From Klebsormidium nitens (lineage: Eukaryota; Plantae; Klebsormidiophyceae), in contig DF237014.1 of NCBI GenBank assembly GCA_000708835.1, positions 185,148-249,147 on the forward strand: 64,000 nt of DNA. Direction: 5' to 3'. Under the pieces are notes generated by a model. It did not search any database. It was not told the DNA's origin and saw only the letters and a list, made by a program, of their open reading frames with translations. Shown here piece by piece: positions 22,201 to 34,900 of the stretch (its first letter is position 1; each line of letters begins with the position of its first letter). The position numbers and the translations under genes were made by a program.

Positions 22201-25200
22201 GATCGCCGGGAAGTACAACATGTCACGAGACGTATGAATGTTGCAGTTGCATTCACACCCGATTACTCTTTCTGCTCTGCTCGCAACGTCGCCAAGAAGA
22301 GAGCCAGAGAGCCAGAGCCGGAGAGCCAGAGAGGTTCAAGAGGCAAATTACCCGAGCCCTGCAGTCTGTGGCAGCAAACCAGCGCCACTCTTTCTCATCA
22401 TTCCTCCCTAGCTAATGCAAATCTGGGGGGCCCCCCACCTGGATGGCCCACCCCCGCACAAGCGACGCCCCGCACAACGTGCTGGCGGCCGCGGCCTGCT
22501 CGTCCACGTCGGTCCCCGCCACGGCGATGTGGTACACGCGCTCCAGCTGGTCCTGCCGGCTGGCCGGGCTCGCCAGGATGGCGGCGCGCAGGGACGCTGT
22601 CAGGGGCGCTCCCGCCATCAGCTGCTCCCAGGGGCCCTTGCCCGACCTCCAGCGGCCGGGGGGGGGCTCCGCGGGAGGGGGATCAACAGGATCCGTCTCG
22701 GAGGGGGGCAATAAGTTACGCGCAGTGCAGACGTCGACGATGAGGTCGCGCAAGCTCCCGGCATTGTCCGAAGAAGTGGAGGACTCTGGAGGGGTAGCAC
22801 CAGGAGGGTTGCTGTGAAAACCGACGGCGGGGCTGGGGAGGGGGGACATAGCGCCCAGAGCGGAGCCTGCGCGTGGGCTGGGAGGAGGGACTCCCATGAG
22901 GGATGGGGAGAGGCGGGCTGCGGCGGCCGAGGCTGCGGGCGGCGGGGGCAGCAGGAGGGGGAATTGGTGCAACAGGTCGAGCGAGGCCACGAGGTCCTGC
23001 TGGCTGGCGGCGNNNNNNNNNNNNNNNNNNNNNNNNNNNNNNNNNNNNNNNNNNNNNNNNNNNNNNNNNNNNNNNNNNNNNNNNNNNNNNNNNNNNNNNN
23101 NNNNNNNNNNNNNNNNNNNNNNNNNNNNNNNNNNNNNNNNNNNNNNNNNNNNNNNNNNNNNNNNNNNNNNNNNNNNNNNNNNNNNNNNNNNNNNNNNNNN
23201 NNNNNNNNNNNNNNNNNNNNNNNNNNNNNNNNNNNNNNNNNNNNNNNNNNNNNNNNNNNNNNNNNNNNNNNNNNNNNNNNNNNNNNNNNNNNNNNNNNNN
23301 NNNNNNNNNNNNNNNNNNNNNNNNNNNNNNNNNNNNNNNNNNNNNNNNNNNNNNNNNNNNNNNNNNNNNNNNNNNNNNNNNNNNNNNNNNNNNNNNNNNN
23401 NNNNNNNNNNNNNNNNNNNNNNNNNNNNNNNNNNNNNNNNNNNNNNNNNNNNNNNNNNNNNNNNNNNNNNNNNNNNNNNNNNNNNNNNNNNNNNNNNNNN
23501 NNNNNNNNNNNNNNNNNNNNNNNNNNNNNNNNNNNNNNNNNNNNNNNNNNNNNNNNNNNNNNNNNNNNNNNNNNNNNNNNNNNNNNNNNNNNNNNNNNNN
23601 NNNNNNNNNNNNNNNNNNNNNNGGTCCGTGGCGTGGGCGTGGCGGGCGGTCGAGGAGGGAGGGGGGGGCGGCGGGGCCTCAGGGGGGGGGCTGTCAGACA
23701 TGGAGTCGACCAGGAAAGCTGCTGCGGGGTCTAATGCCGGGGCAGCAGGAGCGGGGGGTGCCGAAACGGCCTGAATGGCCATGGGGACGACAGCGAGAAG
23801 CAGGCTCAAACGGGTCTCAGTGTGGAATGGCTCCTCGTGACCCTGCGCGACAAAGGACGAAACGCATTTCAAAGGGGTGACAGGGCAGGCCTGTGGGGTA
23901 CACAAGGCTGCAAGGGAGCCCCCCTGAGTGCAGGGGGCTGAGCGCTGGACAGAGTCAGCGGGGAGTGAAGCAGGCCGCCGAGCGAGGCAGGCCTTGGGGC
24001 TCACCCTTTGCACTGAGCGCAGCGCCGCCAGCCAGAGAGCGAGGAGAGTATCCAGCCAGGAGGCTCCTTCCACGCTGCGCACCACACGAAGCAGCCCTGC
24101 AACCGCGGCAGCTCAAAAGTCAAAAGAGGCAGCCGGCATACTGCACGGAGCCATAAGCAAATGTCATGCAAGCTAAGAAGCTGATTGCGTAAAACCAAGT
24201 GTGGAAGAAAATTGCCAACATTAGCCAAGCTGCTGGCTTGATCCAATTCCACCCTGGACATAAAGGCGCGATTGTCGTCTCCGCACGCCCCCACTTTCCT
24301 CACCAGCCAGTGCGTCGGCCGTGGTTGTGGGTGGCAGCCTCTTCCCCTCCACGCAGTCCTCCAGCATGATTTCCAGCGGCAGCCACGCCTTGGCGGCCCC
24401 CACTGTCCAGGGCCGCCACCCGTCGTGCGCCGCCTGCATGGCCACCACCATGCCGCACACCGCAGACGGGGGGGACTGCACCGTGCCCCACGCCGCCAGC
24501 ACTGTGTCTGCCAGCTGCTTCTCCTCCCAGGGCAGGCCCGCCGATGACGGGGCCAGCCGCTCAAGCGCACCGCTCAGCTGGGCCCAAGCAGGGGGGCTGT
24601 ACAACACAACGAGGAGAGGGGACGATGACATGGTGAACGACCATGCCTGGCTGCCAAAAACTTGAGCGACTCCAGCTTGACAATGTGGCTAGGTCTTCCA
24701 TGTCAGGTGGCCCTCTTTGAGTTTTAACATGAATGTGACCAATCGAAGAGGAGACCATTGGGAGTGGATCAAACATATGCATGCCAATGTGTGCCCTTCC
24801 ATCGGGGCAACTCCTGCCCTGCCCCCACTCACGAAAAGCTCCGTGCTTTTCACCTGACTTTCCGCGCCATTCTTAAAAGGCCCCCTGTCTTACGCCCCTC
24901 CAGCAGTGCGTGTAGCGTGCGCAGCGCCACTCGCACTATGTCGTGCTCTTCAGGCCCGCCGAGAAGCACCGCCTGCTGTTCGCCCCCGTCCCCCGGCAGC
25001 ACCCCCCCCAGCAGGAACGTGCATGCCGACACCAGGAAGTCTATCACCGAGGGCGGGTCGGTACCACCCTCCCTGGATGCTGGATTCGCTGCCTCTCTCC
25101 GGGCGCACGTTGCTGGCAAGAACTCCTCCAAGATGTGCAGGCAGGCTAGGAAGACCTGGGGCTTCTGTGCCTTCAACTCCGAGGCTCTGCAAGATGGAAT

Positions 25201-25626
25201 CAAACCTCAGTGACACCGGTGCCTGTGTTGGTTGATTGATTTCCTTGGAAGCAGCATTGACCGACTGAATGGGTGAAACAAAACAGCACCTGGCAGCAAG
25301 CTCAAGTCAATTGCCTCCAATTGCCTCAAGTGCGATTCCGCTGCTCCTCACCTCTTCATAAGCGCTGTGAGTGTGTACTTGGCGGGAGCCAGCCCTGCTG
25401 CCAGCGCATGCAGCAGGTACGATTGTGCTGTCCTCCAGTCCTGATCGCTGCCGCACATGGCTCCCAGCAGCAGGTCTGCCACCACTGCTGCCGGGAGCGC
25501 CCGCTGCTCCGCGTTGCACAAGTCCACGACATCCGCCACAAACAGCAGAGCATCGTCGCCCCTCTGCAGGCTGTCCTGGAGCAGCTCGGAGAGACCCTGC
25601 TCGCTCGGCTCGGCAGAGGGCGCCAT
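19232..25626 (-). CDS. MED33: Mediator subunit 33 (MED33/MED5; REF4/RFR1-like), multi-exon, spans a gap
   Basis: N-terminus 'MAPSAEPSEQGLSELLQDSLQRGDDALLFVADVVD...YLLHALAAGLAP'. Internal segments 'AWLPLEIMLEDCVEG', 'GASWLDTLLALWLAALRSVQR' and 'ETRLSLLLAVVPMAI'. C-terminus 'RAYVVAFTSFMVGYAPAWL...LMKLSRFLADIGSRDLALAVLDCGSWPNAAASVELVIG*'. All follow the plant MED33 layout. Confidence 0.88.
23013..23622. other. Assembly gap inside MED33
   Basis: Run of N. Confidence 1.
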
Positions 25627-26185
25627 TGCGCATCCACATCTCGGCCCGCCCCAATGCCCAATCCAATTTTACAGGCTTGTTCACGGTGCTGCATCACTGC
25701 ATGGTGAAGTCTGAAGAGGCTAGAGCTCATCATGATCACCATATGCACGCCTGCTTCCAAATAAGAGCATCTCTCTCCGAAATTAGCGGAAACCTCTAGA
25801 GACATTTCGGACGCCCATGCTTGTACAATATCTCCGGAGAACGTCTAGAGATCCAATTCTATTATAATCAGGTGTCTACTGGCGCTACATACGGTATCTC
25901 CCAACTTTAACAAACTTTGCTGGACAAAGCAGCTCTCCAGTGTGAAAAGCAGGACGCAGGGCTGCAGGAGGCACGCCACACGAATGCATTCATGAGCCTG
26001 CGGCAAAGGAGAATTTTCTTGGGGAACGGAGCAAGGACCAGCCATACTGCTTTGCTTTGTAGAGCATTTAAAGCAGCAGGCTGACAAGTTTTTGGAAAAT
26101 TGCCCTTTTCAAAGGATCACCGTCGAAATCTTAACATCTGCTTGACAAGGGTGGTGGTCACGCCCCTTGTCGCCGTCGGTTCAGG

Positions 26186-27016
26186 ATGCTTGCGTGCCAG
26201 CATGGATGTGGTGCGGGGGCTGGCATGATGATGTGCTGTCAGTTGGGTGCGCCGCATGAGCGGGGGTTGCCCGCCAAGCCTGTGCCTCTTCTCGCCGATG
26301 GGAGTGGCGGTGGTATGAGTCACCTCGAGAGGAGACCCTTCTTGGGGCACCGGAGCTTTCTCCTGAACAATGGGGCACGAGAGGGTTGTCGCATCACTTG
26401 CGCAGCAGAAGCAGCCAGCAGTGGTGCCCGCGAGCTGACTGCCTATGAGAAGATGCTGCGGGACCAGGAGGAGAAGAAGCGCGAGCGCACCGGTGTGTAC
26501 CGCGAGCCGCCAGATGTCCAGCCGCTGAGCGCTGAAGACGCGCAGCACCTGCTAGCGCTGGACCGCCCCGACCTGAGCGCTCCAGTGGAGTTTCCGCTCG
26601 AGTGGCGCCTCTCGCGGCGGGAGACCCCCAGCAACCCGCACATTGACGAGATGTCAGGCGAGCAGGGGGCAGAGGAGGTGGTTCCGCTCAACAGGTTGCC
26701 GTCCAATGCCAACAGACTCCGCTCGGTTGAGGAGCGCTGCAAACTCCGTGTCAGAAGAAACATCTCCCAGGTGAGAGCTACGCTGCAGACAGCCCGCCGC
26801 CAGCATCCTCTCAAGTGGTGGTTTACGCAGCCAATGCCAAGGCTGGTGGAGTCACCGCCTCCAGGATGGCTCACTGGAACAGAAACGCTGGCTCCGAGGG
26901 GCTCTGTGCAACCACTGAAGATACAACTCAAGAATGTCTGGCAGCTCTGGGAGTCCATGCGCAGTCTTGACATGTTCAATCATTTGCCTGCTACCCTTTT
27001 TAAGAAGTCGCGATGA
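26186..27016 (+). CDS. Intronless hypothetical protein (<=276 aa), possible N-terminal transit peptide
   Basis: Uninterrupted ORF with GC-biased codon usage in the core (26420-26760), head-to-head with MED33. No family recognised; the start codon is uncertain. Confidence 0.65.
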   Translation: MLACQHGCGAGAGMMMCCQLGAPHERGLPAKPVPLLADGSGGGMSHLERRPFLGHRSFLLNNGAREGCRITCAAEAASSGARELTAYEKMLRDQEEKKRERTGVYREPPDVQPLSAEDAQHLLALDRPDLSAPVEFPLEWRLSRRETPSNPHIDEMSGEQGAEEVVPLNRLPSNANRLRSVEERCKLRVRRNISQVRATLQTARRQHPLKWWFTQPMPRLVESPPPGWLTGTETLAPRGSVQPLKIQLKNVWQLWESMRSLDMFNHLPATLFKKSR

Positions 27017-27349
27017 GTGTGGTGTGGCCATCAGAGTTTGCGAACAACTTCGCTCAGCGCAGGATGTCTACTTCACTTAGGGGAAATTGTGTGTATGTTT
27101 GTCTGCCCCCTGTCAGCATTATCGGACTGAAACATGCAAAACTGGAACTATAGACCTGCCAAACAAACTTCTGTCTCGGCCACTCTACTTCACGCCAGCT
27201 CCGCTTACTCAAAACTGGTGACTTGAGCTACGAGCACAACCTGAGCTTGTTTCTACTAGATTACTCGAGCCTGTCAGTCATGTGCTTTGGGGGCTGGCCC
27301 CCTTGCCTCCAGTCACTGTTTTCAAATCAGCATTGCCCCCTCTAGTCCC

Positions 27350-27886
27350 ATGTCTTTGCAACTTTCGTGCTTTCGTGCGCTTTGGTCGAGGCGGCCCCTT
27401 ATACTGGCGGCGCTGCTGGTGCAGGCGGAGCTGAGTGCGATGGGGGTGGCGGAGTGGCCCGAGTACTCGTGGAGCCAGCCTGTGGAGCTGGGGCTCGTGT
27501 ATGACAGAGTCCCCGAGGCGTGCTACATCGAGCACGGCCGCGTGCGCCTGCGGTCGCCGCAGGCCGAGGAAAACGACTTTTGCGAGCTGGCCGCAGGAGA
27601 CTTTGTCCGCTTCCCTAAATACTCCTCCTTCCTGTGGGAGATTGTGGAGGCGCCGCTGGTGCGGCGGTATAAGTTCCTCATCGATCTTCCCCCGCCCCCT
27701 GACCCAGCGGAAGTGCTGCGCCTGCGGTTGCACGAGAAGAAGATGCAAGAACAGCAATTAAGAGCGGAAGTGAGGTACAAGAAAAAGCCCATGAAGGGAA
27801 GGGAGAAGCAGATGCGGGTAGCAGAAGCCGAGATGAGGAAAGAGTTGATGGACCTTCGCACAGGGGCCGACAGAAGTTCGGATTGA
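27350..27886 (+). CDS. Cupin_3 (DUF861/EutQ-like RmlC cupin) protein with a charged C-terminal helix, intronless
   Basis: 'MGVAEWPEYSW...EACYIEHGRVRL...ELAAGDFVRFPK.....WEIVEAPLVRRYKF' matches the Cupin_3 pattern 'LGV..WP.W...ETCY.LEG.V.V...GAGDLV.FPKG...W.V...K.Y.F'. Confidence 0.82.
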   Translation: MSLQLSCFRALWSRRPLILAALLVQAELSAMGVAEWPEYSWSQPVELGLVYDRVPEACYIEHGRVRLRSPQAEENDFCELAAGDFVRFPKYSSFLWEIVEAPLVRRYKFLIDLPPPPDPAEVLRLRLHEKKMQEQQLRAEVRYKKKPMKGREKQMRVAEAEMRKELMDLRTGADRSSD

Positions 27887-28913
27887 TGCCTTTAGACGGC
27901 AGCCAACGCTCGGCATCCAAAACATTGCACGGCGCAGGCGGAACATAAAAGTTCGTGCTTCTCCGCGTAGTCTCGGACGGTTTTGAAGGGTGGACCCTGA
28001 CTTTGATTCTGACTAATGATCGTCATGAACACGATCCGCTTAATGATTGCTTTTCCAGTCAACCATCAACTTACCCGCCATTTTGGAACTGATGAATATA
28101 CACAGGTCGACTATGCCATGTCGTGCATGCAAGGAATAGACATTACTGTTAGTCGAGTTGCAATGCGCTAATGCCACTCGATTAGAATGCCGGTTCAAGA
28201 CCGGGCCACATGTGTGCGTCCTTATGTACGTATCTTAATTCACGAGATCCATGTGCAGACAGGATGCGCGGCCATCAGGCTGCAACCACCCGGGTCATGG
28301 CCTATCTTAAGCACATGTGACAGTTGCGGCACGAAAGTACGCAATACCATCACCATTTGCCAGCATTCAATGAATCCGATAGGTATATGAATTGCCGGAC
28401 ACACTGATCCACTGGCATGAGAATCAAATATAGAATTAATTATCAATTCAATTGGCACGTTGAAAACGACGACGCCTGAGCTTCGAAGGTTGATTCAAGT
28501 TCACTCCATCGTTATGTACGTGACACGAAGGGCTTAACCTGTGCAATCAATTGGACCACTTTCAGGATCTGTGCAATCGGTCGCGTCATTTTACTGTCTA
28601 TTTACAGTGCACCTGTCCTTTTCTTTTTCTGATGGTAATTTAAGCCTGTTTTAGAGAACTTCGTAGACCGAGTAAGCATACAGACTCAGATCTAAACCTA
28701 GATACTATCAAGGTCGCATATCCCCCTCTTGGGCACAACAATCTGACTACCTAGGAACTCGTCAAGCGAGCTTACATTTCCAGAATCTTGCTGGTAGTGC
28801 AAATCCTATGGAGGAGTTTCGCTGGCATGTGTTACAGGTACAGGTTATTTCTGTAGAGCTCTGCTCAAAGCCCTCGACAATTTCGGTTGCCGGCTGTGCT
28901 CTACAACTTCGTC

Positions 28914-31900
28914 CTAAGTGGCGTGCTTATACTGGAAGGTGCGCTTTCTGTTCAACTGGGGTTCCGAGAAGTGCTTGACGAGGTCCGCACGGGCCACCTC
29001 CTCCTCTGTCCTCGCGTCCAAGTTGCGCACCTGCACAAACCCCACCCGCTCAGTCGGCCACGAGAGCTGCCTCACCCACGGATCACCCCGGCAGGGAGTC
29101 GACCCATTTGGAAAGAAAAATCCCACCATTCCGCTCCTTGATTTGTACGCTCTCAAGAACCAACTCTGATTGGACACCCCCGGCCGGCCGCTGCTCACCT
29201 TGACGGCGTCCGCGGCGGACAGCTTCTCCTCGGTGATGAGCACGAGCCACTTGATGCCGTGCTCGTGCGCGTACTCGTACTGCTCCGTCAGGCTCGGCGC
29301 CGTTGCCGCCAGGAACTGTGCGCGCATGCCCCCCGCCCACAGCTCGGCGGCCACCTGCATGCGCTCGCGCAGCAGCCCGCCCCCGCCGCGGCTGCACACC
29401 AGCACCTCCCGCGGGCTGGGGGCCCCCGCGCTGGCGGCGGCCAACAACTTCTGCACGCCGATGCTCAGCCCCACCGCGCCAGGGGCGGCCACGGGGGCAG
29501 CCTCCGGCCAAAAGCGGCGGAGCAGCGCGTCGTAGCGGCCACCCACCTGCGGGAGTGGGGGCCAAGATGATTGTCAAGAGGCGGTCAGGACAGGGAGAGA
29601 AAGTAGACTTTTGAAAAGTGCAGCAGGACCGAGCCCCAGAAATATATTTTAACGAGAAAAAGCAAGCATTGGCCAACACTAACGCACTCCCGGGCTACTC
29701 CTGGCCACGTTCTCGCTCCCCCTCACCGCAACACAGGCCGCGGGGTGCCCGCCGCTGCCCGCCCTCTGGCCGCCCCGCACGGACCCCTCCCCCCCTGCGG
29801 TGCCCGCTGCAGCGTCGGCGCGGGCGTGGTGCGCGAGGTGCAGCTGGAAGAAGGCGCCGCTGGTGGCGTCGTCGTGGGGGGCCATGAGTGCGTCCAGCAC
29901 AACCCCGTCGGCCACCCCCCACACGCGCAGGTGCTGCACCAGGCTGCCCAGCTCGTCCAGGGCCACCGCGGTGGCGCGCAGCGGGGGCAGCGCCCCGCGC
30001 AGCCGCGGGAGGGCCTCCTCCGCGGGGCCACTCAGCCGCCGCTCCACCGCCTGCAGCCGCTCCACAGCGGCATCCGGCAGGCGAAGGCCCTGCACACAGG
30101 CGCAGCCACGTCAGCACCCGCACGGCGCCGCGGCACGAGATGAGGGGAAGCAGGGCAAGGAAGCGGGGGGACCTGAAGGTGAAGGAATGTTTGGTGCACA
30201 TAAGTGTGACTCGCTGATCATGCCAAGAGGCGGAGGAGACACGTGCCCGACCGAATGGCGCCCTGGCGGCACAGAGTGCCTGCTCGACCCCTGTCCACGT
30301 CAGTCTGCAAGGTCGTGCGTGGTCCTGACCTGCGCGAGCTGCCGGCGCACGAGCGGCCACTGCGCCTTCCGGGCGGGCGTGCGCGGGGGCCACGCCGCCA
30401 TGAGGGCCATCAGCTGTGCCACTGCTGGCCGGTCCGCCGCCGGCACGCCCGCCCACGCCCACACCGCGCTCAGCAGGTCGCGGTGCGACAGCCGTACCTA
30501 CGGGAAGCACAAGCTCAGAGCAGCGTCGAGCATTGAGTGAGAGAGATAGCACCGCCACCGAAGCAGGCAGACACGCCAAGTTGACACGTCGCTGGCGTTG
30601 CAGGCAGTCCTTTGAGCAGGTTTATCAAGCTGAATTGCAGTGAAAACGTGATAAAAGCGGGCAATCGACCGCCCCAACATCCTAGGTCGGCGTACCTCGC
30701 AGGAGAGCCCCGAACTCCCTGTTGCGCCCGCAGAGGATGCCCCGGAGGTCGACGCCTCCGGCTGGGCGGCGGGGGCAGCGGACGGCACCAGTTCGGCAAT
30801 CAGCTCGAGGGCGACCTTGATGGCCTCCGCCTCGGCGAGGGTGCGGCTCTCGGGCCGCGCGCTGCCCCCCACGATGTCGAAGTCCGCCTGCAGCAGCTCC
30901 CGCGGCGCAGACCGGCCCACGCCACGCCGGTACACGCGTGCAATCTCGTACCGCCGCAGGGACGTCGTCTGCGAGGCCGCCACGTGGACGGCCAGCGGGA
31001 TACGAGTTTCGTACCTAATAAAGAGAGCGAGCCAGGAGGCATCAGCGCCAGAAGTACCTGGAAAGAAGGTGCTGCCAGGGGCACAGTAAGGTCCAGTCCA
31101 AACGCAGGCTAAAGGATAGCCTTGATCGAAGGACAACCGGTCTGCGAAAGCAAGAGACCTAGCGCCTCGAAGGAACTGCCGACTCCGCTTTGCTTGGCGC
31201 CTGCTTTATCGAACTGTCAACCAAGCGTCCCTTCTTCAAGTCGCCCACCTGAGCGCCAGCACGTTCCCGCCCGCGTCCGCCAGGCGCACCGCGTGGCGGT
31301 GGCAGTGCGCGGGGTCTTCCACCATGTGCACCGCCGCGCTGTCCGTCGGGTGGGCGCCGTGCCGCTGGAACACCTCCTTCATCGCGCGCAGCGCCCACTC
31401 CGGCGCAGTGGCGCCCCCCGCCAGCAGCGGCCGCTCCAGGCTGAGCCCCCCCGCCTGCAGGCCCTCCGCCTGCGCCGCCAGCCGCTCGTCATCGAGGACG
31501 GCCCCCATGATGCGCCCCACCACGGCGCCGTCGCCCCCCGCGTGCAGCGCGCGCAGCACGTCGTCCAGCGCCTCGTCCTCCATGCGCGGCGGCAGCAGCT
31601 CGCTGCGCAGCACCTCCAGCGCGGACGGCCGGTCCGCGGGGTTGGGCGCCACGAGCCAGCGCACGAGCGCGGCCGGGCCGGGGTGGGCGGCGGCCCAGGC
31701 GGGGGGCAGCGCGCCCTTCTGCTTGAGCTCGTTGAGCAGCACGGCGCGCTCCATGGCGGTGGAGAACGGGTGGAACAGCTCCAGCACCACGATGCCCAGA
31801 CTGTACATGTCGCACTGCACACAGGGACACCCGAGGTTAGCAGCGGGGTCAGAAAGGCCGTGCGGGCAGAGGGAAGCGCTCCTCTTAGCGCACAAGAGTA

Positions 31901-34900
31901 CAGCGGGAGCAGGAAGGGCGGCAGGGCGCCGCTGCCTTTGCGCCCACCAGCCAGCGACACATAATTCTTGTCTGAAGCCGCAGCTGGAGGCATCAGAGCG
32001 CACGGTGAGACTGGCAGAAGCTGCACTCACCTTTTCGTCAATTTTGGGCCAGCCCTGCTCGATCTCGGGTGCGGTGTAGAGGTACGTCCCCACCTGGCCC
32101 GTCCCCTCCACGGACTCAGGCCGTCCCGCTGCTGCGGCCGCGGGGTTGCCCTCGTCCTCGTCCTCCTCTAGCAGCACGCCCTCCGCCGGGTCCAGGTCCG
32201 TGAACTTGGCTGCACCAGGGAAAACGCACAAACTCTATAGCTGCCGCCTTAGCGTGATACTTCCTTCCCCACTTCGCAAAAAGAGCAGGGAATGCTCGAG
32301 TTGCTGAACGGCAAACGGACGGCCGTTTGCTACAGAACTGGTTCCTCGCCTGGACGCTTAGCTAGGCGTACCAATACCAAAGCGGGTACCGTTAACCAAA
32401 GCGGGCCGCAAGGCGCAAGGCGTAAGGCGTACGAGCCGCAAACGGAGCGGTGGGCGGTCTGACCGAGGCCAAAGTCGCCGATCTTGATGACCCCGGTGGG
32501 GTCGGCGAAGATGTTGTTGGGCGTGAGGTCGCGGTGCAGCACGTGGTTGCCGTGGATGTGCGCCAGGCCCTCCACGATCTGCCGCAGCATGCGCCACGCC
32601 GCCTCCGCCTCCACCGCCGCACCGCCGCCCCCGTCCAGCACCTGCGCAGCGAGCACACTCCGCAATGTTCTTGGCGAGCCAACCAGACGCGGCCCAGGCA
32701 CCTTACCAAGCCCTTTTGTAAAACAAAAACGGGAGAAAGCGAGGCAATACCTCGAATTCTGAAGTCCTTCTCTGGCCAAATTGAGGGAATCCTTGGGCGG
32801 CTGCGCACCTGGCGCAGTGTGCGCGGGCAGTACTCCATCTGGATGTACAGGTGCTGCACGGCGCCCCCCCCCTGCGCGGCGCTGTCGCCGCTCTCCCCCG
32901 ACCCGGTACTGGGCCGCCCCGCCAGCGTGGCCGTGCCGTCCGTCAGCCAGTCGCCGCCGCTCTCCCCCGCCGTGGTGCTCGTGCCGTCCACCACGTCCAC
33001 CAGCGTGCCCACCCCGGTCTCGAACCACGCCTGCGGAGCAGTGGAAGAGATAACGCCTCAACCAGGCTGTCAAGGTCGTCAGCGACCCCGTTGTAAGACG
33101 GCCAAAATGCAAGCAGGATCGCTTCTGGCGCTTTCTGCAGAGTCGAGCTGCCAGAAAGCGACTCAAAGCTTCTTGCCTGCGGATATGTCAGGCTCATTAT
33201 GTCCTGGCCGCCCTCGCTAAGGCAGTACGAAGTTGAGGTGGCCTTACTCGGGCGCGTTAAATTTGCACCCAAGATGCCGCACGGCCAGTCTGCACTTCAA
33301 TGGGTGCGAAATTCACGGGAATCGACGATATATCATACTCCCAACCTTTGTGGGAAGTATCGAACACTCCGTTAAAAACAACATCTTGGACGCGAGGTTA
33401 AGGGGCCCGACTTAGCGCTGCCCACGTCGACGATCATGACCACGCTTTGCAATTCAACGTTCCTCTGCCCAAGGAAGACATGCGTGCACTGTGTGCGCTT
33501 TCAAGAAGAAAGTACTCTTTTGTCAGGCTGATGTTGAAGGCGTTGCCAGACAATGGCAGCGAAAGAGAGGCCGGAAAAAAGTAGGACTGAAGTTCCAATA
33601 AGAGGACAGAACAAACTTTAGGGTCGAGGTCTTCCTGGTGAAACCCTGATGGCGGGCTGTAGAGCGGGGCTGTCCCTCTGCCTCACCTGATAGTAGCGCA
33701 CAACATTCTGGTGCTGCAGGCGCGAGAGGGTGGCCACCTCGCGCAGGATGCGCGAGTGCGTCGCCGCACTGCGGCTGCGCAGCCGAATCTTCTTGATGGC
33801 ATACCGCCGCCCGTCCAGCTTGTTGATGCACAGCATCACTGCGCCAAACCCACCACGACCTGCATGCAACCGCGCCCCAGAAGTCAAGGTGCTGACAAAG
33901 CGGCCAACTATGGTCTTCTTGAACGGCAAGCCCGGCGACTTAGCGAGAGAGGTCTGATTCAATCAAGTGGTCGAGAAAGGCTCTGGTTCCATCCTGGACA
34001 TGGAATTGCAGGCTAAGCAAAAAGGAGGGCTTTCATCCATCTAGAATACAAGACACTTCTTGCAAGCAATCCCAGAGGAGCATGCTTTTCGACGAGCCAC
34101 CAAAGCAGACCGTGCCTGATGTCGTTGGCTCTTAAGCCGCCCTGATTGTCATGCTGATCGCTGTGCCTGCTGCGCACAGTTTCGACTGGCAAAGACGACG
34201 CTGAAATGACATCCCTCACCCAGCATGGACACCTCCTGGAAGTCCGCCAGGTACCGCGACGAGCTCGCCCCCCCCTCCTGCCCGCCCTCGTCCGCCTGCT
34301 CTCCTCCGCCCCCCCAGAACTTGGCCACTGCCCAGCGCGTGGCTGGCTCGCTGCGCGCCTCCGCCTCGTGCGCGATCTTACCGAACATGGAGCGGAAGGC
34401 CTTGTCGAACAGCGCCGGCTGGTGCGCCACAAGGTCGCGGGCCCAGCTGGGCAGCATCCCAATCCGCGCCAGTTGCGCCGTCAGTGCGGGGAGGGCATGC
34501 GGGAGCGGTCCGCGTGGCCCGCACAGCAGGCGCAGCATGTGGCCCACCAGCAGGTCCTTGCGGATGGCCGCCGTGGCAACAGCCTCCTGCCGCCGCTGCC
34601 GCGGCCCGTCACCAACAGGAGGCTTCTTCGAGCGGCCGGGCGCACCCACGTCCCTGCTCCGCGCAGGCATGGCCCCGCCGCCTTCGTCGCTGTCAGAGCC
34701 ATCGGAGGCATCGCCCGCTGGCAGCGCGCGGGGCGTGCCCCCCCTGCTCCAGTCGGGCAACGTGAGGCGCACCGCGTTGCCCACTCGAGCCAGGCCATGG
34801 CGCACGTTTGCCAGCAGCTCCGTCACCTGTAAAGAACAAGACCACGCTCTAGATGCAGACCCAACAGACGCATGGTCGACCTACGATCGGACTTTTCAGG

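Noticed and set aside
22412-24085. ORFs running through N-gaps (also 60574-61591)
   Set aside because: Their length is an artefact of translating Ns; only the flanking real sequence was interpreted.
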